From a virus (taxonomy: Duplodnaviria > Caudoviricetes): 26,882 bases of DNA. The stretch spans positions 1 through 26,882 of the IMG/VR virus record IMGVR_UViG_3300037470_000106. The stretch is one strand, 5' to 3'. Below, piece by piece: positions 1 to 8,656 of the stretch. The translations under genes were made by a program, and so were the position numbers. Each line of letters starts with the position of its first letter. Within the stretch, counting starts at the first letter, position 1. The notes beneath the pieces were generated by a model. That model had not been told where the DNA came from. It ran no database searches and saw nothing but the letters and a program-made list of their open reading frames with translations.

Positions 1-3000
1 CGTTGAACGACGGGAACGAGCCGGCGAATAGGTTCACCGACAAGTCCTTCACGAACTCAGGTACACTGGAGTACGTGGGGAACAGGTTGCGAATCTTCTT
101 AGAAGCCTTCTTGTCGATCTTCCTGATCTCGGCACGCTCGGCTTCGGTAGGACGCCGCTCGCCACGCATGACCTCAACTAGGTCCGGACGATCCATCATG
201 TCGGCCACTATCTCGCGCTCTTGCAAGAACGCAAAAATCTTGGGACCCTCATCCTCCATACGATACGCGCCCAGCGGGGTTTCCAATAGCTTCTTCTTGG
301 TTCCGCGCACTGCCTTGTTCTTGCCTACGGCTTGCACGGCACTCTCTAGGGTGCGGCCAGAGGCTGTCAGATACGAGTCCTTGCTGAATGCCTCACTCAC
401 ATCCTTGCTAGTAGACATGCGCTGCAACAGCTCCTTGATTGGGCCGGTACGCACGGAGTCGTGCAGAATACCCAGCTTAGTCAAGTACATAGCCGCACTG
501 TCCAGAGCCTCATCTGACCACTCCTGATCAGTGGCTCCGATGTCGTGGGCCACCATAGAAGATGCCGCTCTCAAGGAGCGCATGGTCCTAGCCATGTTAG
601 GGTTCAGCAGATAGCCCCGCATTGCAGCAATTTCCAAGGATGATCTGAGGTTACGAAAATGAGAACCGGCGTTAAGTGCCGTGAGGTTGATCTTGGTTAT
701 GGCCTGAGCAGAGCGGTATACGTTGGTCAGCAGACCATCCGAGAAGTTAGGACGGATCAGCCTGTCGAACGCCATCTTAACTTCTGGGCGAACGAAGACC
801 TGCGAGGCGTCAATAGACTCGCCCGTCACGGGGTCTACGATCCGCACATCAGCCCATTTATCTCCAGATGCCACCAGTTGTTCAGTAGCTCCGGTCTTGG
901 TGTTGGGTGAGCGTAGGGCTACTGCCCCGCTAGGGGACAGCTGAGTGATCGCATTGACGATACGATGAGATGCTATGTGGTTCAGCATCGTGTTGACCGT
1001 CTGCTGGATGGTGGTTACGGGATCAAGGTGCTCCGACAGCATCGCCCTAAAGGCGCTGTTCAAAGCAATCTCAGCCTCCGTGTAACCTTCAGCTTCGAGC
1101 TGCTCGTCCGTACGTGACAGGGTACGTGCCCGTTCAGCGGACTTCTCCCGCCCGTGCATAGACGCCTGTGCACCACCAACCTCTCCTTGCAGGAAGCGTA
1201 GCATCACATCTTCGGGGATCAGGGGCTTCTCTTGCAACTTCTGCTGCAACGCAGCGGCAATAGTAGTAACCTTGGCCCGATCCATGTCGATGTTCGTGCC
1301 CACAATAACTAGGCTTTCGGTACGGGCGATCTCATTCCCGTCCTTATCTGTCGTGACCTCTCCCCCCACAACCTTGCTGGAGGTTAGGCCGTACAGGCTA
1401 GCTAGCCTCTTTAGCGAAGCACGCGGCAGCTTGTGCAGCTGTCCTTGAAACGCCGGATCGAGGTAGGCTGCCATCAGTGCATCTGACACCCGATTCCTTT
1501 TCTCTTCCGGAATCATGTTGATCAGAGCATCGGGGTCTTTGAGCCTAGCCTCTACGTCCTTGAGAGCGTACTGGATACGCAAGTACGTGCCAAGATTCTT
1601 ATCGATCTGGAACGCAAGTTCGTTGTCAATCATGCCCTCAGCCTTCATCGTACGGGACAGGATATCAATATCCTCACGCAGCGACTTCAAGCTGCGAACC
1701 ATCTCAGGAGTTAACTCCAGCGATTTCTGCAGCTGATCGAGGCTAAGGTTGCCCGTCAGATGGGCATTGATCTGCTCCAACTGTTCGCGCGGTGCGTCTT
1801 GTATCTGTTGTCCGTGTGCCGTTTCCCACTGGGTATTCAGAATCTCCAGTTTGGTGTGCACACCCACCCGCGCACTGTTGATGGTGCGGAGTGTCTCAGT
1901 CATCAAGTCTTGCGACAGCTTGGCTGTCTTGGTACGCCGGAAATTGGGCGAATACTTCTTGCCCTTCCACGTAACACCGGCCGTATCCATCTTCAACTTG
2001 AGGTAGTTGCCTATCCCGGACTTCTTGAAGTTACCCTGCTTAGCGTACTGCAAGTTCTGCACGTCCTGCGACGTGAGGGTCATGTCCGTACCTGTCTCCG
2101 ACCGCAAGGTATATCCGCTGCTGGTCTTCTCTAGGCTGAGCTTCTCTGGATCACCCAAGTCGATGTTGGCGTTGTTAGCAACCGAGGCCAGCGACGACAT
2201 CACGTCGTTGACATTGATTTCTTTACGCGACATCTCGCGCATAGACTGGCGCTCAGACGGCCCCATTGGCCCCCTAGGGCTACTAGGCGGCTTACCTGAT
2301 AGACGGCGTACCTCTTTGATATTGGTGAGGCTGGCGGCCACGTCAGGCTGCTTCGCGCGCTGCTTTTTGACTACAGTCGTGCCCTTAGCTGCCTTCTTGG
2401 CAGCAGCCCTAGCCTTTGCCTCAGCTAGGAGGGATGCCTTCTGCTGCTTCTTGGTCAGCTTTTTGGGCTTAGGCTCGGCCGGCTTCTTGACTACCTTCTT
2501 CGAGGTCTTAGGAGTCTTAGCCAGCTCGGCTTTCAGCTCTTCTGGTGTCAGCTCCTTGACCTCTACATCGGCCACTTCTGTAGCACGGCCGGGATCAAGC
2601 ATGATAACGCTATCGCCTCCGCCCTCGTGCTTGTTGTTGTACACAACCGAGTCATAGCCCTGTGCCAGCAGAAATCCACGAAGATCAGCGAGGACTTGCT
2701 CTTGCGGCGATCCTTTCTCGGGATTGGCTACGGCTCCAGCCTTGCTGGCGCGGGAAGCGGCTATCGCCGTTTTCTCGGGTACCTTCAGACCGGCCTTGCG
2801 TAGCACAGCCACCACCCTAGCCGGATTGTGCCATGCCCCTTCTTCTGGTTCTTCTAGGCGCAGCGGCTTCTGGATGTCTACTTCGTACGTACCTACCTCG
2901 CCTGTCTCACCAATCTTGGACTGGGCAACCGGCTGGCTCGGGGTGTAGTGTGCCCCGAGGTCTCCGATCTCGACAGGAACAACGCCCGAATTATGGAAGC

Positions 3001-4948
3001 CCCGGTACAGCTTCTGCTTGCCAACATCTACGGTGATCGGAGCAGCGGCTTCTGCTTGGGCAGGTGTGGCCGTAGTTGCCGCTGTAGGAGCCACCGGCTT
3101 AATGCTGGCTACTGGGCCGTTATCCGATGTCTCGTGCTGGATATTGCCCTGAGCATCCTTAACCATCTGGCGAGTAGGATTAAATTCTACAGGATACCCT
3201 GCCCTCTCTAGGGACTTCCAGGTATTGTACGCCGCGTCGGTAACAGATGACGCCGAGTGTACTTCTTGCCGTTTACGGCCAGCTGTCTCGAACAGTTTCT
3301 TGTACATAGACGAGCCAATACCACGACCCTGACGATCTTCGTGTACGTTGGCCGTGTCTATCTTGATGGTGGTACCATCCGATGACTCGACAGCCGACAG
3401 AGTGTCCTCTCCAACCGAGAAGGTATAATACCCATTCTCATAATCGACGGCCACAGGGGCAGCACTCTCTGCTGCGGGTTCGACAGGAGCGTCCAGGATT
3501 TCGTTAGCCGTCTCTCCGCCACGCAACGGGCCGGAGACGGGCAATTCCGCTTCAAGCAGAGCGCTTACATCAGGAGACGGGACGGGGCTTGTTCCTTCTG
3601 CCGGCTGTTCGAGCGTACCAAACCCGCCCGCCGTCGGAGCTGGCAGCTCTACGTCAACTGGCTCCAGTATCTTGGTCGGATCAGCAGCTATCTCCTTGAC
3701 GCGTTCCAGAGCAGAGCCTTCTCCTACCTTAACGTTGCCCGTTACACCGACCTCTTGCCGCTGGATAGTTTGCGGACCAAGATCAATGTCAACAGGTGGC
3801 AGCTCAATAGGCTCCATCTTCGTGCCGTCCGGCGCGGTGATGTACGCCTGCGCCCGATCAGGACGCAAGGACTCCATCGCCTCTCTCTGTGCCAGAGACT
3901 CTGGAAGGTCGGGAACCAGAGCATCGAGTGTGCGCTGTTCCGCTCGCTTTTCGGCGAACGGGCGCGTGATCGCGCCGGGAGTAGCGGTGGCTGCGCCTAG
4001 TGCAGCTCCCTGTCCCATAGCGTAGAGCGTCCTTCCCAAAGCCTCTCCAGGACTGACTTCTTCTCCTTGGCGTTCTACTTCGTCAATTATGTTGATAAGT
4101 TCAGTAATGCCCTCACTAGGAGCCTCTTGTGCCATCTGCAATACAACAGACTTAGCCCCTTTGCCGAAAGCCAAACCTCCAAACACTCCCAGCATTTTTT
4201 CGGGCAGAACCTCAGCAGCGGACGCTACGGTTGCATCTAGCCTCGCCTCTTCTTTACTCTTTCCTTCGGCGCGTGAGCGAGCAAAGGTGCTGCTCCACAC
4301 TTGCGCGGTCATCTCTACTAGGCCGGGTGCTGGTCGTCTGGTAATGTAAGACAGGGATATAGAAGGCCCCATCTCAATAGCTGCCCCGCCCAAATCATAA
4401 ACGAATTTAGCCACAGGATTATCAGGAGCTGCTTCGGCGGACCGCTTGGCCGCCTCTACGCCCTTCTCACGACGAACCTCCGCCGCCTCTTTTAAGTCCG
4501 TGCCGAACAATTGCGGCTTGATCTTTTCAGGGTCCTGGCCTGTCAGTCCCCAACGCGAATACGCAAGGGCGTCCGCCAAAGATTCTTGCAACCCCGATAT
4601 CACAAACTCTTTAGTAGACTCAGCACGGTCTCCAAGACCCTCGAAGAACGAGGTATCCATTTCAGGATCGGAGATAGGCCCGCCCGTAAACGAGCCGCCG
4701 CTAGGCGCAACTGCCCGATCAAACCACGAGGGTTCGGTGTCCTGCTCTTCCTCTTCTGGCTCAGGTACAGCCACGGCTTCCGGTTCCGGAATCTCTGTAG
4801 CTTGCCCCGAAAAGATGGCGTCGAAGGGATTAGACGACTCTGCTTCCTCGGCTTCGGCAGCCTCTGCCTCCTCAGCCAAGCGCAGCGCCTCTTCCTCCTC
4901 GTCCTCTTCTTCTAGGCCGAAGATGCTGCTAAACGGATTGATTGCCAT
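1..4948 (-). CDS. Large internal virion (ejection)/polyvalent protein, >1649 aa, 3'-truncated by the window; contains GNAT and ART-like domains
   Basis: Absent from the ORF track because no stop lies in the window. ATG at 4948 overlaps the upstream stop (TAATG). Begins MAINPFSSIFGLEEEDEEEE. The same frame checks at 3331 (VHEDRQGRGIGSSMYKKL), 3010 (LYRG), 2653 (GYDSVVYNN) and the edge (...IRNLFPTYSSVPEFVKDLSVNLFAGSFPSFN). Last and largest gene of the ejection cluster. Confidence 0.88.
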   Translation of the reverse strand, partial: MAINPFSSIFGLEEEDEEEEALRLAEEAEAAEAEEAESSNPFDAIFSGQATEIPEPEAVAVPEPEEEEQDTEPSWFDRAVAPSGGSFTGGPISDPEMDTSFFEGLGDRAESTKEFVISGLQESLADALAYSRWGLTGQDPEKIKPQLFGTDLKEAAEVRREKGVEAAKRSAEAAPDNPVAKFVYDLGGAAIEMGPSISLSYITRRPAPGLVEMTAQVWSSTFARSRAEGKSKEEARLDATVASAAEVLPEKMLGVFGGLAFGKGAKSVVLQMAQEAPSEGITELINIIDEVERQGEEVSPGEALGRTLYAMGQGAALGAATATPGAITRPFAEKRAEQRTLDALVPDLPESLAQREAMESLRPDRAQAYITAPDGTKMEPIELPPVDIDLGPQTIQRQEVGVTGNVKVGEGSALERVKEIAADPTKILEPVDVELPAPTAGGFGTLEQPAEGTSPVPSPDVSALLEAELPVSGPLRGGETANEILDAPVEPAAESAAPVAVDYENGYYTFSVGEDTLSAVESSDGTTIKIDTANVHEDRQGRGIGSSMYKKLFETAGRKRQEVHSASSVTDAAYNTWKSLERAGYPVEFNPTRQMVKDAQGNIQHETSDNGPVASIKPVAPTAATTATPAQAEAAAPITVDVGKQKLYRGFHNSGVVPVEIGDLGAHYTPSQPVAQSKIGETGEVGTYEVDIQKPLRLEEPEEGAWHNPARVVAVLRKAGLKVPEKTAIAASRASKAGAVANPEKGSPQEQVLADLRGFLLAQGYDSVVYNNKHEGGGDSVIMLDPGRATEVADVEVKELTPEELKAELAKTPKTSKKVVKKPAEPKPKKLTKKQQKASLLAEAKARAAAKKAAKGTTVVKKQRAKQPDVAASLTNIKEVRRLSGKPPSSPRGPMGPSERQSMREMSRKEINVNDVMSSLASVANNANIDLGDPEKLSLEKTSSGYTLRSETGTDMTLTSQDVQNLQYAKQGNFKKSGIGNYLKLKMDTAGVTWKGKKYSPNFRRTKTAKLSQDLMTETLRTINSARVGVHTKLEILNTQWETAHGQQIQDAPREQLEQINAHLTGNLSLDQLQKSLELTPEMVRSLKSLREDIDILSRTMKAEGMIDNELAFQIDKNLGTYLRIQYALKDVEARLKDPDALINMIPEEKRNRVSDALMAAYLDPAFQGQLHKLPRASLKRLASLYGLTSSKVVGGEVTTDKDGNEIARTESLVIVGTNIDMDRAKVTTIAAALQQKLQEKPLIPEDVMLRFLQGEVGGAQASMHGREKSAERARTLSRTDEQLEAEGYTEAEIALNSAFRAMLSEHLDPVTTIQQTVNTMLNHIASHRIVNAITQLSPSGAVALRSPNTKTGATEQLVASGDKWADVRIVDPVTGESIDASQVFVRPEVKMAFDRLIRPNFSDGLLTNVYRSAQAITKINLTALNAGSHFRNLRSSLEIAAMRGYLLNPNMARTMRSLRAASSMVAHDIGATDQEWSDEALDSAAMYLTKLGILHDSVRTGPIKELLQRMSTSKDVSEAFSKDSYLTASGRTLESAVQAVGKNKAVRGTKKKLLETPLGAYRMEDEGPKIFAFLQEREIVADMMDRPDLVEVMRGERRPTEAERAEIRKIDKKASKKIRNLFPTYSSVPEFVKDLSVNLFAGSFPSFN

Positions 4949-5991
4949 TATTTCTTAATCGAAGCCTTGAATGCGCTGAACATGGAACGGAATGCGGGGG
5001 ACTGTTTATCGTCCTCCTCGGGCTCGCCGTAGGCTTTGGCCAAGGCCGCCCGTAGCTGGGTCTGCACTTTTACTGCATCTCCACCTTCAACTACCATTTT
5101 CTGGGCCGTTTCTAGGGCCGATAGAGTCTGGTCGGCTCGCTCCGCAATCATACCACCGAGCTCCGATACCTCGTCTAAGCTGGTGATTTCTTTAGCATTT
5201 GCGGCTTCTTTCAGTCGCTTCTCTTCTGTGTTGTGTATCTTCAATGCAACCTCTTGGCGCAGCTCGTCTCGGCTCTGAGGGTCGCTGAGGATAGAAGCAA
5301 GAGTATCCTCGCCGTCCCGCAAGTCAACTAGCCGTGATCCACCCTTTCTAGGATCGGCATTGCGCTCGCGCGTAGCACTTAGATTGATGCCGTGCTGTGC
5401 CGATAGATCATCTCGCAACTGGGACGTAGCCTCGCTGACGGTGAACGACACATCTAATTCTTTTGATCCACTGCGGGGCAGCCCCTCGTCGCGACGTTTA
5501 CGATCATCGTCTCGCTTAGCCGCGAGCCTGGCCTCTTCAATAGCAGTAGTTTTATTTGCGTCAACACCTGCTTCTAGAGTAGCCTGTTCAGGATCGGTAA
5601 GAGCACCACCCCGAATCCTGGCGGCTTTGTTGATGTCAGACTGGTCTGCCCGCAGAATTGTTGGGTCTTCTTGGTTGCGGATACGATTAGCCTCACGCGC
5701 ATTGCGCGCGTCATCAAGCAGCAGTTCCGGATGCATGTCGTCTTCGATCAAGCCTTTGGTAACCTCGGCCTTCTTGCGAGCGTCCTTGTCCATGAACTCC
5801 AGATCAAGGTTCTTCCGGTAACGTGCTGCTGCTCTCTCTGCTTCCACACGACGCTGCTCGGCGCGCACAGTCCGCTCTTCGGCCCGCCCTTCCTTGCGGA
5901 TATCGGAAGCTTCGGCATTCTGGTTCTCATACTCTTGTGCCAGAGTACCCGATACGCCTTTGATAAATCCAAGCAACCCTTCGCCAGACAT
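4948..5991 (-). CDS. Putative internal virion/ejection protein, 347 aa, charged and helical
   Basis: TAATG overlaps at both ends; N-terminal GLLGFIKGVSG followed by R/E-rich coiled-coil-like sequence; position in the ejection cluster. Confidence 0.65.
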   Translation of the reverse strand: MSGEGLLGFIKGVSGTLAQEYENQNAEASDIRKEGRAEERTVRAEQRRVEAERAAARYRKNLDLEFMDKDARKKAEVTKGLIEDDMHPELLLDDARNAREANRIRNQEDPTILRADQSDINKAARIRGGALTDPEQATLEAGVDANKTTAIEEARLAAKRDDDRKRRDEGLPRSGSKELDVSFTVSEATSQLRDDLSAQHGINLSATRERNADPRKGGSRLVDLRDGEDTLASILSDPQSRDELRQEVALKIHNTEEKRLKEAANAKEITSLDEVSELGGMIAERADQTLSALETAQKMVVEGGDAVKVQTQLRAALAKAYGEPEEDDKQSPAFRSMFSAFKASIKK

Positions 5992-6659
5992 TAGATCAAC
6001 CCTCCTTGGGGCGGCATAGGCGGAGCTTCTGCCGGTGCGGGGGCTGGCGCTTCTTGCGGAGCACGCGCCTCATCTTGGTACTGGATAGCATCTAGGTCGG
6101 CCTGATCCTCTAGGCCAACAGGAGGAGCTTCTGCTCCTGGATTGTACGCTTCCTCGACATCCAACATCAATTCTTGAGCCTCGTCTGTTGAGCTGTCCGA
6201 CTGCTCCTTTTCAAGGTAATCGCCAACCCGGCGCATCATATCCATCTGGGCTGCGGTGTACTGATTTACGTCCTCACTACCCTTGAGTTTGTGAGCATTA
6301 GCCAACTTGAACAGCTCGTCAACTGCGGTGGCAATCATTCCGCCTTCTCCGAACAGTGCGGCCTGCGGAACCTCGCCCTCTTTGCGTGTGTGCTCGTCAT
6401 ACACGCCCTTCAACAGAGTAAACGCAGCCTGCGATACGCCTTGAAATAGGTTCTGCTGCGTCTCCATCATCTTCATTGCATTCTGGCGCTGAGGACCGTA
6501 CAGCAGATCAATGAAGTCCGCGTACATGTCGTCATAGTGCGCCTGCTCTTCTGGGCTGGCCTCTTCTGAACCTTGCCACGGGTCTTCCTCTGGCCTCAAC
6601 TCTACCAGATCGTCGTACTTGCCCGTCATTTGGGCAGTGGAATCAATCAAGCCGGCCAT
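5991..6659 (-). CDS. Hypothetical acidic protein of the ejection cluster, 222 aa
   Basis: TAATG coupling at both ends; Pro/Ala-rich C-terminus ending QGGLI. Function from synteny only. Confidence 0.6.
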   Translation of the reverse strand: MAGLIDSTAQMTGKYDDLVELRPEEDPWQGSEEASPEEQAHYDDMYADFIDLLYGPQRQNAMKMMETQQNLFQGVSQAAFTLLKGVYDEHTRKEGEVPQAALFGEGGMIATAVDELFKLANAHKLKGSEDVNQYTAAQMDMMRRVGDYLEKEQSDSSTDEAQELMLDVEEAYNPGAEAPPVGLEDQADLDAIQYQDEARAPQEAPAPAPAEAPPMPPQGGLI

Positions 6660-7627
6660 TATACTAGCCCTCCCTGTCCGTACTGAAGTTGGGTAGCGCC
6701 CATAGTAAACCGGCGGTCAGGGTCGGTCTGTGGCTGCTGAAGTTGCAGCCCTATCTGTGGCATAGCGGACTGCTGTTGTGGTAGCAAGCCTCCAGCCAAT
6801 GCCGGACCACTATCGTACTGTTGCGGATTCAACGGACCGCGCTCGGCGATCAATGCCTGAATGCGGTTGGCAGGTGCGGGTGCGCCTTCTCCGCCCTGCG
6901 CCATCTGTCCGGCTACGGTCTGCTCCGGCTGCGCTGCCGGTTCTCCGGGCTGCGGGGCCTCTGGAGCACCTGATCCCCCGAACTCGTAGCCGAGAGCTCC
7001 CGGAGCCTCGTCACTGCCGCCACGGGCAAGACCACCTGCCACGAAGCCGTTCGGCGCATCTTGCTTACCCGCCTTAGCTTTCAGCATTTCCGTCACGCCT
7101 GTAGTGATACCATTCGCGGCCAGTTGGCCGATGGACACATCGCCAAGTACCTTCTTGCCCATCACGTTCTTGACAGACGCCATGAATCCAGAACCAGCCG
7201 CCCCTGCCCCGGACCCGACCGCAGCTCCTGTGGAAGAAACCACGGTGCCAGCTGCTGTAGTGGTTACCGAAGCACCAGGACCAGCTGCCCCAGCCAGCGT
7301 AACGCCGGCCGCATTAGCAATGCCTGTACCAGCCGTAAGACCGGCCGCCTCAGCGGCTGCCCCACCGTACGATGCTAGGGTACCAGACGCGCCCTGGAAA
7401 CCTAGACCTCCAGCAATAGCGGAAGCCCCAGTAGCAATAGTCTGCCCTACGGCGGTGAAGAACCCACCCATTGTACTTACTCCACTGAATGCGGCAAAGC
7501 CGCCAGCGGCCACGCCGGCTGTGAAGAAGATCACTGCAGCAATTACAATGTATTTGAAAATCTTACTGCGAACTATCTTCTTAGTGGTTTTGATAGTCTT
7601 CTTGATTGCTCTTTTCACGAAGCTAAT
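6659..7627 (-). CDS. Putative membrane-penetrating DNA ejection protein; probable ATT start at 7627 (track start GTG 7618)
   Basis: Lys-rich N-terminus, hydrophobic segment YIVIAAVIFFTAGVAAGG, long Gly/Ala-rich region. GGAGG (7636-7640) lies 8 nt before in-frame ATT and 17 nt before GTG. Confidence 0.7.
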   Translation of the reverse strand: MSFVKRAIKKTIKTTKKIVRSKIFKYIVIAAVIFFTAGVAAGGFAAFSGVSTMGGFFTAVGQTIATGASAIAGGLGFQGASGTLASYGGAAAEAAGLTAGTGIANAAGVTLAGAAGPGASVTTTAAGTVVSSTGAAVGSGAGAAGSGFMASVKNVMGKKVLGDVSIGQLAANGITTGVTEMLKAKAGKQDAPNGFVAGGLARGGSDEAPGALGYEFGGSGAPEAPQPGEPAAQPEQTVAGQMAQGGEGAPAPANRIQALIAERGPLNPQQYDSGPALAGGLLPQQQSAMPQIGLQLQQPQTDPDRRFTMGATQLQYGQGGLV

Positions 7628-7639
7628 TTTCTAATCCTC

Positions 7640-8194
7640 CTAGGCGACATGTCGCCAAACTTTATGATTACAAATGTTACTACAGGAGGCTTCCGATACC
7701 GAGAAGCTCTCTGCCAACTCCCGCAGCTTAGCTCCGCTTTTACGCAGCCTGCGAATAGATAATACTTTTTCCTCATCCAACTTAGAATTATGGACCTCCG
7801 CGCCTCTGGGCATTAGCCCATCATCCACGGCTTGTTGAGTATTTTGTTGATGCGTGCCCCATCTCAAGTTGGTGTAGTGATTATTAGTAGGGTCGTTGTC
7901 TAGATGCATTACTACGTCGTAGCCCACCGGCTGCTCGCAGAAAGCACCAGCCACTAGGCGGTACACCAGATACCTAGACACCTTTCCGTGCTTACTTAAC
8001 GAAACAACCAGTCTATTGTTGCGCCAGACCATTGGCTTGAGCTCTTTGCCCGCAAGACGGGTGGTATAGCTGTTCATGTACTGATTAGAGTCGGATATGA
8101 GTCGGTCAAGAGAGCGCACTCGCCCATCTTCGCTGACCTCGTATAGACCTTCGTATCCCGCGACTGGCAACCAACGAGTGTTTACGAAGCTCAT
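7640..8194 (-). mobile_element. Free-standing NUMOD4-HNH homing endonuclease, 184 aa
   Basis: NUMOD4 motif WLPVAGYEGLYEVSEDGRVRS; HNH motif VMHLDNDPTNNHYTNLRWGTHQQN; C-terminal HTH-like SKLDEEKVLSIR...LRELAESFSVS. Confidence 0.93.
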
Positions 8195-8195
8195 A

Positions 8196-8639
8196 TTAGT
8201 TCTCGCTGCAGTTTAGGACATAGAATCCGCCGACACGTGTGAGACCTACGGCCTCGTACAGTGCCTCGGAACGCGCCATGCCGGTGCTAATTCCCATGAA
8301 TATGCGGTCAACCTTGTGCATCTTTGACCATTCTATAAACCGTTTCAACAACCAAATGCCCCCCGAGTGGGAGACATTCAGCAGATCGGTTGACCACTTT
8401 CGTTTCTCGTTAAACATGAATGGCTCGATGCTACCCGCTAGTACGCCGGTGATATCCCCGGCCTTATCGTAGACTAGTATCACATGCTTAGGCATCCCGA
8501 TGTAGTAGTCGATTACCTTGGTCATCGTGCCCCTGTCGAAAGGGATATCCGAAAGGTTACTCTCGTTTTCGTGATATTCCTTAAGGAAGTCTACGATCTT
8601 TTTCGTGTCATTACATGTTGCGGTGCGAGTAGTCATCAT
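8196..8639 (-). CDS. GNAT-fold acetyltransferase-like morphogenesis protein, 147 aa
   Basis: TRTATCNDTKKIVDF...GVLAG...GIWLLKRFIEWSK...ALYEAVGLTRVG matches the GNAT pattern; usual position among podovirus ejection genes; GGGAGG SD. Confidence 0.75.
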   Translation of the reverse strand: MMTTRTATCNDTKKIVDFLKEYHENESNLSDIPFDRGTMTKVIDYYIGMPKHVILVYDKAGDITGVLAGSIEPFMFNEKRKWSTDLLNVSHSGGIWLLKRFIEWSKMHKVDRIFMGISTGMARSEALYEAVGLTRVGGFYVLNCSEN

Positions 8640-8656
8640 TCCCTCCCAGTAAATGA

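Noticed and set aside
7628-8194. Group I intron or T4 gene 60-style bypass around the HNH
   Set aside because: Only about 12 non-coding nt flank the ORF, too few for a ribozyme core; no stop and hairpin follow a take-off codon; a new SD explains downstream expression.
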